Shown piece by piece: positions 53,601 to 64,000 of a stretch of DNA of 64,000 nt (the first letter of the stretch is position 1; every line of letters begins with the position of its first letter). The position numbers and the translations under genes are program-made. The stretch is from Octopus bimaculoides (taxonomy: Eukaryota). The stretch lies in assembly GCF_001194135.2 (NCBI RefSeq), contig NC_068984.1, forward strand, positions 43,179,728 to 43,243,727, written 5' to 3'. Below the pieces are notes generated by a model that saw nothing but the letters and a program-made list of their open reading frames with translations, was not told where the DNA came from and did no database searches.

Positions 53601-54396
53601 TATATCGAATAAGAGATCAAATGATCATCTAAAGTAGACAGACTATTTCTAGTTATTCAAACGTAAATGCTGTAAACATTCCTAAGATGCTTTTTAAGTG
53701 ACTTCACACATGAAAGTGATAAGCCTCATTTTACAGGAGTAGGGGTTATTTTTATCGCACAGCTTGAAAGATAGAGGTCAAATATACCAAAATGTATTAA
53801 GAAAAGAAAATCAATTTTGTCTATTTAATGTCAAAAGTCATTATACCGATATAAGACGATTCGAACGAAGGTTACAGAAAGATGGAAAAAAAAACTGAGT
53901 AAAACGAACGTCTAGTTGAGGCCATGACTAAAGTGTAAGACGACCACTAAACAACCACTTGATAGATCCAACTGATGAAGAACAAGAAGTAATAAACTTT
54001 CGTCCGTTTTATAAGCAAGTTCTAGCCACCTCTTTAATACTATACGCAGTTACAACAAAAGGACGATAATCAACTCGAAAGCGTGCATGGCCTGCCAGGA
54101 ACACTTTCAAAGTTCGAACGTATAGTGGTTGCTTATTCATTTTCAACATAATTTTGAAAAAAAGATTACCTCTACTGAAACATACCTTCCATCTGAGAAC
54201 CAAAAGACCGACTATTCAACAAAAAAGATTGGAATACAAATTTGTTCTTAAATGTAGTAATAAAAGATCACTCAAAGAGCGAAAAGTCAATTATTTAAAT
54301 GTATACAAATGAAGTGAGTTTTTTATACGACTACAGTTTATACAATAACCACCATTGAAGAGGAAAAGACACTGAAAAACAGAGACGTTAACTTAC

Positions 54397-54535
54397 CGAG
54401 GGCTTCGACTAGTTGTAACATAACCCCGCCGATATGCAGGTCACCTTTCACTCGTAGAGCTATATCGACATTTAAATCAGTCACGTTTATATTCAGCTGC
54501 CAAGAGCCATCGATATATCCATTATCGGACATCAT
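54397..54535 (-). CDS. FERMT2: Kindlin/fermitin homolog, first coding exon (F0 domain N-terminus)
   Basis: Reads [46 protein letters not shown]+G, closely matching the kindlin N-terminus (human FERMT2 [38 protein letters not shown], from memory). ATG at 54535 in context CCAAG-ATG; 139 bp; ends in a perfect G|GTAAGT donor (phase 1). The ORF-track GTG start and read-through tail are not real. The symbol denotes family best match; invertebrates typically have one kindlin. Confidence 0.95.
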
Positions 54536-54578
54536 CTTGGACACTCACTTTAGGGAACTTATTAGGTCCACTCACGTT
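54536..54578 (-). other. 5'UTR part of the first coding exon (acceptor at 54579)
   Basis: Minus strand reads TTGTTTTTCATTATTATTGTAG|AACGTGAG..., a pyrimidine tract plus AG 43 nt upstream of the ATG. This implies an upstream non-coding exon. No transcript evidence available. Confidence 0.55.
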
Positions 54579-56226
54579 CTACAATAATAATGAAAAACAA
54601 TTATTCTAAACAACATTCAATATTGTAAAATTTAATTACGAAATAACATACACAAAGCTTCGTCCTTAATTAAATGGGAGGGAATGCTATTTCAAGAAAT
54701 TTCAGTTTTTTTACTGATCAAAATAAAGTTAAGATGTCAATCCAGGCTAAATACTGTCTGCAATATTGTTTATATGCATTGTGCATCTGCTATACAGTAG
54801 CAAATGTGCCGGCAATAAATTCCTAATGTCGATATCACAACTTAATCTCGTTATATGTATGTATCCCTTACCTTCCCCCAAAGTTGTATTATAAAGATAT
54901 CGCTCTGTCAATAAACTTATATCGAACTTATAAAGAAAAATATGCAGTTTAGTCCCAGGTCAGCTCTAAATAATCAGAATTATAACGAAAAGTGTCCCAG
55001 CTGTAAGCATCCTGTTCAGTTGCGTAGCTAGGACCAATATACGGTTGGATGCGATGTAAGAAATTTAGTAACTATTTCTAGCAAGTCGCACAACCGCATA
55101 AAAGCACTCTAGTTGGTTTATGATTTGCGTGTACGATAACAAATTGTACATGTATGTAATACGTGTGGCGTATGTGACAGTGAACGTGTATGAATGTATG
55201 ACAGCTAAAAATATATCTAACTGCACACAGAAGAGTAGGCTTTGTCAGACCAATTGTTTTGAATACTTAACACCGATCACAAAACGAAAAATATACATTT
55301 GCGTTGCTGTTAACAAACTTTCACACATGTAAACTTTGTCTGACAATGACAAGTTTAAAAAAGGAAATAACTGCTCAATCAGCATGACAGGGGTGCGAAA
55401 CTGGAACAACGGCTTCCATATAGGGAAATACAAACACCGGTTAAAATATCGCCCCACTACAGCTGTCATCGTTGATGATGGTAAAAAGCCCTGCATGGCT
55501 ATATTCTAATAGATCTATGATGTTAATTGTCATGATCATTTGAAATCACTAACTCATTTTGCAGTTGATACATCATTACAATTACATAGCCAAAACATGT
55601 CTGCTTCAACTGCGTATATATATATACATGCTTACATAGACCTGCGTATAAATTATAAAGAACGTGTTGTTTAGTCCAATGACTTATCAAATGCTGTCTA
55701 GATGTGACCAACCCATATTTTTTTTTTTAGGTAATGTACTCTCCAGTATCCAAAATATCCATTTGTTTAAGACGGAATGGTATGATTTGAGGGTAATTGA
55801 TTGTTATTTCTAGCAGACTACGCAATCACATAGAGACACTCTCGTAAATGTGTGTGAGTGGTGAGACAGACTGCTTATTTCACTGCATATGTACGTGTGT
55901 AGCTGACTCTTCAGAATACAATAAGCGGTAGCGGCAGAAGTAAAAGAGGTAACTTTTGTGAAGTATTTCGTGCACCAATATTCGAAAAAATAAACTCCAG
56001 ATAAATCGATATTGTCTTGTACGGATACCTTTTAAAAAGTTGACAATTTGTTTTTAAATGTTTCCACCTTCTGCAATTTCTTCCAGGATTTAAAAAAAAT
56101 AAATAATTATCAATGAGCGCCCGACTGGCTGCTGTGAGTCCAGAGGCCAGGACGAGTAAAGTAAAGAGACGGTTAGTTAGCCATTTGTTAAGCAACTTGC
56201 TTTGGTCACTGCTAGTGCGCTGCCGT

Positions 56227-56270
56227 ATGACGTAGTATGTTGAGCAGAAGAAACTAGCACGCTGATTGGT
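56227..56270 (-). promoter_or_regulatory. Candidate kindlin promoter: NF-Y CCAAT box plus CRE/ATF-like site
   Basis: ACCAATCAGC on the minus strand (56261-56270) matches the NF-Y consensus; ATGACGTA lies at 56227-56234. Both sit in the locally GC/CpG-rich segment about 1.7 kb upstream of the ATG. The TSS was not determined. Confidence 0.45.
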
Positions 56271-57759
56271 TCCCTCAACATCCTTCTCATTCTATTTATT
56301 CCTTCTTTCTTCCTCTCCCCTCCCACATGTTTCCGTTCTTTTTTTCTTTCACGATTTTTTCTAGCTTTTTTCATTTTCTGATTGTCAATTACTTTTCTCT
56401 GTCTGTCTCTCTCTCTCTTTCTCCCCTCCCTCATTCGAATCTTATTTATTCGTCCTGGTGTTTTTTATTCTCTCTTTACATCTTCTTTCCTCATTTTCTT
56501 TATTTCTCTAATACCTTTTTAGTTATGTGTGTACGTGCGTGCTTATGTGTGTCACATGCGTTTATTTCCTCCTCTTCTAGACACTTTGTACATGTTTAAT
56601 TGTTTTTCGCATGTCTTTGAGTCTCGTTTCGTTCACTGTGAAAGTACCTTTTTACATATATATATGTGTGAAGGTTATGAATGTAATTCTACTGCTCCTC
56701 TGCTTCCAATACTATAGCACCTTTTTTTTTTTTACGTCTTTTCTTTTTCCTTTACCATCCTCTTTCTCCTGAGTGTTTCGACTTCATTCTTTTCTGTTTA
56801 CAACTCTTCTTTCTTTACCCCACTCCTTCGTCATATCGTTAAGGATTGCCTTCTATGGTCATTGACGATTCCAGCAATTCCCTCTCTCGGGGATGCTTGA
56901 GCAGCAGCAGGAGGCGAAAGAGGGAACAAATACACACACACACCTCTCGCGTTTTATATGTGTGTGCATTTATCTGTTTCTATATTCATGAACGTTTAAT
57001 CAGATCTATTTGAATTTACGTTTCTATCAATTTGTGCGTATACATACAGACTGACTGAACGAATCGAAAAAGAAAATGAATGGATACAGAAGACAATACA
57101 AAGAAAAAGTTTATTTATATTTATGTATAGGAGTGTTAAAAGTTTATTGATAAATTTGCAACCCACAAAACGAAGCAATTGATATTCAAAGCGAAGAAAT
57201 GTTATATGATGTGTGGTCAGAGAAGAGACGGTGTACAAAAACAGGATGTTAGGACCTACCGGTTGACAAAAGGGTGGGAAAATTGCGTTTGGTAGTGACA
57301 GAAAAAGAAATGTTAATGAAACAAATTTAAATCGGTCTGAAACATGTTCATTTAATCCTACTGACTTTTTTCTAAAGACAGGCGCTTAAGTTTTGCCATT
57401 ACAGCCGATAAGAGGTCAACTCGCGCTCGCAGAACAAGTTGGTAAATAGAATATTGTAATCAATAATGGAGTGATTGATACATGGTTCGACTCCACTCAG
57501 TGAGCCTGTTGCGCTTTTCGATCTCAAATTGTTTATAACGTGTAATATTAATTTTCATTAAAATCCTAGCAGTTAATTCATAATATCTCCGAATCACTCA
57601 TTTTTGTTTTGATTTTTAAATTATGTTGATTTAGTTTTGAACGCGTATTTTTTTCTATCATTTGAATGTAACTCTTTGTTTCAGAAGCTCTTTTTGCAAC
57701 CACGTAGTTTTAGATTCAGTCTGTCTGCGCGGCACCTTGGGCAAGTGTCTTATCATGGA

Positions 57760-58203
57760 AAGACTTCCGCCCGTCCTCTCCCCATCCCCGTTTTCGCCCA
57801 CATTTGTTTGTTTAAAAGAGAAAATTGCCAAAAATCGGCATTGGGAAATTCCGCCCTCCCCCCACTTCCCCCAAAATTCTTAAATTTTGACTTTTTACCC
57901 AACACTAACCCTAAAACCCTAACCTTAAAACCCTAACCCTAAAACCTTAACCCTAATACCCTAACCCTAAAACACTGACCCTAACCCTAACCATAACTAC
58001 AGAAATTTTTATCAGAATCGTAATGTCCGTATTTTTCCGCATATTTAGAAAAAAAAAAAAAAAAATTCTTAAAAAAAATTTTACAAAAATTTTTGGAAAT
58101 TTTTTTCAGAATCATAATCTCCGTATTTTTCTGCAAATTTTTAGAAAAAGATGAAAAAAAAAAAAAGGGTGTCTTTTTGGCGGAGGAGACTGGCGGAAGT
58201 CTT
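57760..58203. mobile_element. Unclassified TIR-bounded element carrying telomere-like repeats, inserted in a SINE
   Basis: Perfect 12-bp inverted repeats AAGACTTCCGCC (57760-57771) and GGCGGAAGTCTT (58192-58203), extending imperfectly inward. The flanks are the two halves of the common SINE: GGCACCTTGGGCAAGTGTCT on the left and ATTTGGTGGATGGAAGCTGAAAGAGGCC on the right. Confidence 0.6.
57903..57997 (+). repeat. Interstitial telomere-like repeat with a 14-bp unit (CCCTAA-CCCTAAAA)x5 followed by about 4 hexamers
   Basis: Read directly: cactaa ccctaaaa | ccctaa ccttaaaa | ccctaa ccctaaaa | ccttaa ccctaata | ccctaa ccctaaaa | cactga ccctaa ccctaa ccataa. Confidence 0.9.
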
Positions 58204-58329
58204 GCCCTTCGAATTTGGTGGATGGAAGCTGAAAGAGGCCTGTTATATATAACGGAAATTGGCGCATCGGGTAAGAGGACGTTCGCCACTCCTACTCTTA
58301 AAACTCTGCCAGTCTATCGCAAGATTAAT

Positions 58330-58480
58330 TATAGTTGCTTCTGGTACTCATTTTCGGCTCGGTGGACTGGAGCAATATGAAGTTAAGTGCCTTGTTCAAA
58401 GACATAACGTGATATCCAGCGTGAGGATCAAGCCCTCCGATCTTATGACCGTGAACTTAAGGTCCTAACTAACAATTAGA
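58330..58480 (-). mobile_element. Family D SINE copy
   Basis: CTGGTACTCATTTT..GGACTGGAGCAATATGAAGTTAAGTGCCTTGTTCAAAGACATAAC..GGATCAAGCC. Confidence 0.55.
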
Positions 58481-58680
58481 GCACACACCCAATCCATGTA
58501 TAATACCTCAGTATAACACCTCATTCTTCAACTAATATTGCTAAAGTGTGACAGAACCACCAATAAACAAAAGAGTGACATGTTATTTTGTTATTGTACC
58601 TTTACCCGAATGGTGCAAAAGAAACTGCGCTTTTAATCTTCAGTTTTAATGCAATATATTTCAAATCGAGATAAATTTTA

Positions 58681-59848
58681 TTAATTAAAATAATAACCAT
58701 TAGAATTTACACGTTTTTGCTAACATGAAACAAATCTATTAATTCGGGATATAGAATTCTGTACTTCGAAGGTATTTTGAGCTGGTGCCTAGTTTTTGAA
58801 AGCCTTCTTTTGCGAGGAGTGAATAAGCTGCTTGAAAAATTGGTGGTCGATCGGAGAGAGGTTTGGGGAGTAAGATGGGTGAGAAAGATTTTCAAGATTT
58901 GGTTCAATGTGTGCTATCATTTGGTAAGGTGATGCCATGGAGAATTGCGCCCCACGTTGCAGTCGATTTGATTTTGTCGACTTCCCAGAAACATTACTCA
59001 GCTACTGTGATGGTTTTGCCAGAATTCAAGAAATAGTTGTATATCAGTTATGTGTAACCTGCGGCCTGCGGAACTTTCTGCGTGGTGACGAAAAATTAGC
59101 TTGAATTTTTAAACAGTACTGCCCACCAAATGACGCGACACATCTCATGCAGCTCGCTTCACGAAAAAGGTTGTCCATACTTCTTGTAGATTATTCTTCT
59201 TGCTGATATAATGTAAATAATGTAAAACAAACGTGCATGAAAGATGGCAGCGATTGGTGCGAGAAATGAAAGCTAAGAGAAGCGTATGAGAAAATGAAAC
59301 CCAGAAAAAAGGAAGTGACTATAACCTTCATCTGTGAACAACTTCAGTTTGGAAAAGTATTTTGGTACTTTCTATCCGTTACATGGAACGACGTTGGTAG
59401 TTGCATAGGATCCGTGTCACAATGCAGTCAAGAAATGGATGGCTTTTATTGCATCAAAGAAGAGTTGAGTAGATGTTGAAACGTTGACTTTATCCGTTCA
59501 TTTTGCGCAGCTTCATTTTGTCAAACGTTTTGATCTTCCAGTGTTATGCAAATGTCAAACAATTGTTAATTTGCTTACGTTTAGATCATCTGCAACATTT
59601 TTTGTAAGATGCCTCATTACTGAAGTATCGGTTCACTTCAAAAGTAGATCCAGATCGGTTGCTGTCAAGCACGGAAAGACGTCCACCATCTTTCGCATCT
59701 TTAAGGCTGTCGCCTCTATTACGATAGTTTCGGGCCGATGTTGAGCTTTATGTTCGTTGACGGCTCCTTGGCTAATTATCAAGTTGATACTCTTGATAAT
59801 TTCCACTGCTTTGTGCTCCTTGTTGAACTAATGCAATGAAATAATTTG
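58681..59848 (-). pseudogene. Mariner transposase pseudogene
   Basis: Collinear fragments with stops and frameshifts: QIISLH*FNKEHKAVEIIKSIN..QGAVNEH; NVADDLNVSKLTIV*HL; HPFLDCIVT (59415-59442); VPKYFSK; KVIVT; LIYNYFLNSGKTIT; GAILH; LSHPSYSPNLSPIDHQFFKQL (YSPNL at 58858-58872 = YSPDL motif); QKRVNSNGYYFN* (stop at 58681). Confidence 0.85.
59048..59305. mobile_element. About 260-bp secondary insertion inside the mariner (possibly a hAT-type MITE fragment)
   Basis: Separates two adjacent transposase motifs (KVIVT and LIYNYFL) that are normally about 7 codons apart. It begins AACCTGCGGCCTGCGG, similar to hAT MITE ends. The second end and a TSD were not found. Confidence 0.35.
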
Positions 59849-60695
59849 CTTTGTTTGTTTTTTTACTCAATGTTTAATTTGACAGCATAGATTTAACCAG
59901 AATAAACAAGGAAGGCAAACTCTTAGCATACATCAATAGACCGAAATCTGCGCTTCAAAATGGTATGTTACATGGACATAGTTAAATAGAAGTCTATTCC
60001 AAAATAAGTATCAGCTTAAAATAGCAAAAACTACAATTGATCTTGCACCAAACTAATTAACCTAAAGAAAAAAAAAATTTAATCAGTTTTCAGAGGAAGA
60101 ACATTTGAAAAATGTTTTCTGGTAATTCATATATGAAGTTTGGTCACAAAACATTTTCAGGGTTAGTAACCGAAATTTAAGATCTGGTGTCGGATGTGAG
60201 ATGTACTCTTACGAACATGGGAAGTTTTGATCCTACAGCTTTCCCCAAGGTATTTGAGACAAAAATTTCATTGTTGTTTGGGTTTTACTGTTCTGTGTGC
60301 ACCTCACGAATTATTTGTATAATTATTTGTATAATTATAATTATTTCGTTCTTCTGTTGTATATAGCCATAAAGTTTTGCGTTGTTATATATGCATAATT
60401 CTTCGTCTATTGTATTTATATATTGTCTTGTTTGTTTCTGTCTCACCATACATTCGCTAGCTTTTTTTCAGAGGCTTAATAACAGCACTGGCACCTCCAA
60501 GATTGAGTGGTCTCAATGATCATGGTGCGAAGCCACGATATTTTGGTTCATTTACTGAAGAGGAAAACTCCGCTGCGAATATTCCGTGTATCGTGTCTTT
60601 GTCTAAATTTCCCGTCTTTCAAGTTATCGTCTAGTTTCCCGTTTGCTCTGCTTTCGTCTAACTTTTTCTCCTTGTCGTCTTCTTTCTGTTCAATC

Positions 60696-60698
<3 letters not shown>

Positions 60699-60760
<62 letters not shown>

Positions 60761-60838
60761 TTTATCTATCTAGTTGTGAAATCAGTTACGTAATAACATG
60801 AAATTAGTTACCCGATACTAAGACTTCAAATGCAGTAA

Positions 60839-60890
<52 letters not shown>

Positions 60891-60950
60891 NNNNNNNNNN
60901 NNNNNNNNNNNNNNNNNNNNNNNNNNNNNNNNNNNNNNNNNNNNNNNNNN

Positions 60951-61010
<60 letters not shown>
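60699..61010. repeat. Microsatellite cluster: (TA)n(CA)n, then (CT)n, gap, (AC)n
   Basis: (TA)n 60699-60740, (CA)n 60741-60760, (CT)n 60846-60890, N 60891-60950, (AC)n 60951-61010. Confidence 0.95.
60891..60950. other. Assembly gap (60 N) between (CT)n and (AC)n
   Basis: N run. Confidence 1.
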
Positions 61011-61011
<1 letters not shown>

Positions 61012-62136
61012 GCGGCTAATGTCAATGTATAAGTGAGCAGAACATGCAAGTTTCTCTTTAGTTGTAAGTTGAAATCTTGCCGAGGTCAACTCTCGGCAAA
61101 TAAGTACCAGAACCTCTCCTATAACCAGTTGTGTAATCGAAGAGGTCTGGATGAAACCTGTTACCGGTAACTCTACGCGAATGCGATTATTTTCTAACAT
61201 TTATTTGATCTAAATACTTAATTTTGTTGACGTCAAACTAAAAGGTGTTTTAACCCAATATTTACATGCTGTTATTTATGGTTTCATCTGATTCGAGATC
61301 TATTGTTCTAAGAAAGAATTTAATATTGAGTTTTTGGGAAATTAAGCAGCTAGTGCAGGATTCATTTTAATAATTGAAAGCCTCATCCTTTCCCTTGGTC
61401 AAAATTCTAAGCCTGTCCAAAATGATTTTGCTTTTTACTCTTTCACAATAAAAAGCGAAGTCATTTTGGTCTGATCAAAAGTCATCTCCGGATAAATTAA
61501 GTAGCAATGATATGCTGAGTCAATAAAATCTCTTCAACCCCACAATGCCTTATTTTAATGTGAGAAGCCATTGTTTAGTCTAAAAAACGAAAACATGACA
61601 TTCCAAGCGAACCCACTATCTTACTACTAGAGTTGATGCTTTTAGGAAATACATAGTTTAGATAATTGCATGAATAATGTAGTTCTGAGAAAGACGGATT
61701 GAGTAAAGTGTTTAGTACGGAATTTGGTGGATAAGACACAAAAAGGACGGTAGAGGGAGAGATAGGTGCACCAGATAGTTCAGAGGAGTAGAAAAGCCTC
61801 TGAGATAGCAAATTGTGGATTTTCTGATGCACCCGTAGCCTTTACATTTCTTGCCCAATTTGCATCCAACACAAGACAGTACACACTAGCTAAAAATTAT
61901 TTCTTTCAATACCACCAGGTTAACTACTGAGCGTGCATGCACGCACACTGGTGCGTCTGCTAAGTGCGTACATCCGGTCGTTTCAAACCAGCAGTCCCCG
62001 GTCTTGACAATGTCTCTTTTATTATCTTAGAAAAGAAAAAAAAAAAACCCGAGGCTGCCCCAAAACTCACATAACACACGCTCTCTTCCTTCTTCTCTCT
62101 CTCACTTTCTCCCCCCCCTCTCTGGATCTATTCCAA

Positions 62137-62369
62137 TACAGTAATCCATCGCCATATCGCGGTTCACCAATCGCGGTTTATTTTTTAAGCTTACGTCGTT
62201 TCCTCTGTGGTGTTGTTTTGCATTTATAATAAAATAAATATACACAAATTATAAAAATAATTAAAAATATATACCGTACAGTACTGTTTCTACTTCGCGG
62301 ATTTTCACCTATCGCAAGGGTTTTTGGAACGTAACACCCAATATCCGCGGTAGTCGAGGGATTAATGTA
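62137..62369. mobile_element. Tigger/pogo-type MITE
   Basis: TA-CAGTAATCCATCGCCATATCGCGG ... CCGCGGTAGTCGAGGGATTAATG-TA: about 24-bp imperfect TIRs with CAGT-type ends and TA target duplication; AT-rich core. Confidence 0.75.
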
Positions 62370-62394
62370 TTTCGAAACACGCTGACATATGTCT

Positions 62395-63625
62395 GATTCT
62401 CAAAAAGGCAAACTCCTTAAAACCCACCACCTACAGTCCTATCACACTCTGTTTCATTATCTCAGAAGTAGTACAGAAAGCTATTAACAATAACTTTCTT
62501 CAACACGTTGAATCCCTATCTCTCTTTAATGACCACCATTACGATTTTTGTGAAGTTAAGATCTACTGGAGACCGACTCTCCTATGTAACTCACCATTGG
62601 GTTCTCCTTGTTGATAAATTTGTTGAAATCAGTGTTGCGGCAACCAACATCAACAAAGCTTTCGATTATGTCTAACATGTCTCTTGTCTCTTGTCAAAAC
62701 TGTCCGCCTGTAGGCACCTTTCGTCTCTGATGGGGCTTTCACTGGCATACAAATCTGATGTTCCCAAAAGTTATATTTTGTCTCCACATTTCCCATATAC
62801 ATCAACGAAGTACCTGCAGGCACCTCTAACGATGCCCATGACGCAGATGACACTGTCTTTCATTCCACCCGAACTTTCCACATACAAGCGCCTTCCATAT
62901 GCAATTTAGACACCTCACGGCGATATTTTAGAGATCTCTACTTCATGAGTAACGGTGACATGGTGATCTTATCTCTTCCAACAGTAATAAAATATGGTTA
63001 CTGCACGTATCATGAAAACATTATCACACTTAATACCCCCACAATAAAGAATGAACAGTCCACAACTAGAATCATTACGACCACTTCAAAAACTAGGCCT
63101 CACACTCTCTGAGGATCTCGCCTGGTGAATGCAGTCTCAACATAGAAAAGACTACCTCTCTAACATTGCTATTTCTCTTCACAGATAGAAAATACTTCAT
63201 TTCCCATCAACTACTGCCCCTCTTCAAAGCTTAACTAAGGTCCATAATGAAGTACTAGTTCCACATTTGGGACAGTATTGCTGCTATATACGCAGACATC
63301 TGAAACTGCATCTAATGAAATGCTACACGACTGGTTGGTCATGAAGCCACTCATAAAAACACTCCAGCCTCTGGTTTATAGATTTGCTGCTGTCTCTTTT
63401 CTTTATCGTTTCTAAAGCTACTACAATAGCCCCTGCTGCTCGAAGCATTCACTCGTCTCTTTCGCTTCCCCTCATAACCTATATTGTGTCCATCACTCTA
63501 GGCCCTGCACTAATCACTACACTTGGCCCTTCCTTCACAGAACACCGCCCTTCTGGAATTACTTTCCTGAACGTATCTTTTGCTACAGTTTAAGCGAGAT
63601 GTTAGTGACCTCGATCTCACCGACA
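62395..63625 (+). mobile_element. 5'-truncated non-LTR retrotransposon relic (CR1/L2/Jockey-group RT and C-terminus)
   Basis: Degenerate RT motifs in order: KKG..TYSPITL (NYRPISL, 62429-62449); RSTGDRLSYVTHHW; NINKAFD (KAFD at 62655-62666); SDVPKSYILSP (GVPQGSVLSP); IYINEVP..DADD (YADD position, 62840-62851). C-terminal RFAAVSFLYRF and RTPPFWNYFP (RT..LWN.LP) follow. Multiple stops and frameshifts. Confidence 0.85.
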
Positions 63626-64000
63626 ACAGAGCGTCTGCAGAGGCTTTAAGTGCAGACCTCTCTTCCATGCTAAATAAAAAAGAATAGATGTTTGTGTGTG
63701 TAGCAGCTACGATAAACACAAACATGTTTGAAGTACAGTGATATAGGTCACACTTCAGCTTTTTAGAGGGTTATCAACTGATCAAGAGCTAAAGTATTTT
63801 CTGTCTGTACAATTTCGGCAATGTTATTCGTAACTATTCGAAAAATAAAAAAAACAACTTTTGAGTACCAACTGGTAACAATATGCTAATGTATTTAACA
63901 CCATTAATGATATTACAAAACTTAAACCTAAGTCAAAGAACATAACTAACACTTCATATTTAACAATTTGTCTACCAAGCCCATTTGCTTTTGTACCAGA

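Larger units (their letters stand above)
14022..54396 (-). other. 40,375-bp GT-AG intron between kindlin coding exons 1 and 2
   Basis: Canonical donor at 54396 and acceptor at 14022; phases are compatible; the joined peptide is collinear with kindlins. No intervening kindlin-like sequence was seen. Confidence 0.9.
58605..60057 (-). mobile_element. Near full-length degenerate mariner transposon (Hsmar1/cecropia-like)
   Basis: Inverted ends TGGTGCAAAAGAAACTGCGCTTTT (58611-58634) and minus-strand TTAGTTTGGTGCAAGATCAATTGTAGTTTTTGC (about 60024-60056) resemble the Hsmar1 TIR TTAGGTTGGTGCAAAAGTAATTGCGGTTTT. A disrupted transposase lies between them. Confidence 0.85.

Noticed and set aside
57903-57997. 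True chromosome end or telomere-healing site
   Set aside because: Short, degenerate, 14-bp periodic, and enclosed by TIRs with ordinary sequence on both sides.
1-64000. tRNA, rRNA and snRNA genes, CRISPR arrays, prokaryotic operons
   Set aside because: tRNA-like A/B boxes occur only as SINE heads with no cloverleaf. No regularly spaced repeat-spacer array or dense coding region exists; the sequence is eukaryotic intronic and intergenic DNA.

Overview
AT-rich, repeat-dense eukaryotic (metazoan) DNA with three assembly gaps. The SINE and microsatellite landscape looks like an octopus or another coleoid mollusc; this is an inference, not a search result. The only supportable host gene is the 5' part of a kindlin/fermitin (FERMT/unc-112 family) gene on the minus strand. 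Coding exon 1 (54535-54397) and coding exon 2 (14021-13788) are joined in frame across a 40,375-bp GT-AG intron. I found no third exon in the remaining 13.7 kb. A candidate CCAAT/CRE promoter lies near 56.2 kb. The rest is intronic or intergenic DNA filled with transposon relics: a near full-length mariner, a CR1/L2-type RT relic, RTE-type LINE ends, several tRNA-derived SINE families, pogo/Tigger, mariner and piggyBac-type MITEs, and a Helentron-like element. The most interesting unexplained features are (i) inverted repeats bracketing the in-frame kindlin exon 2, (ii) a 226-bp near-perfect intronic hairpin, (iii) a sharp CpG-depletion boundary near 51.5 kb, (iv) a TIR-bounded element with a 14-bp higher-order telomere-like repeat nested in a SINE upstream of the promoter, and (v) a pogo relic retaining a Brinker-type DNA-binding domain. 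I see no evidence for a genuinely new multi-gene system. All motif assignments were made by eye, and repeat boundaries are approximate unless TIRs or TSDs are quoted.
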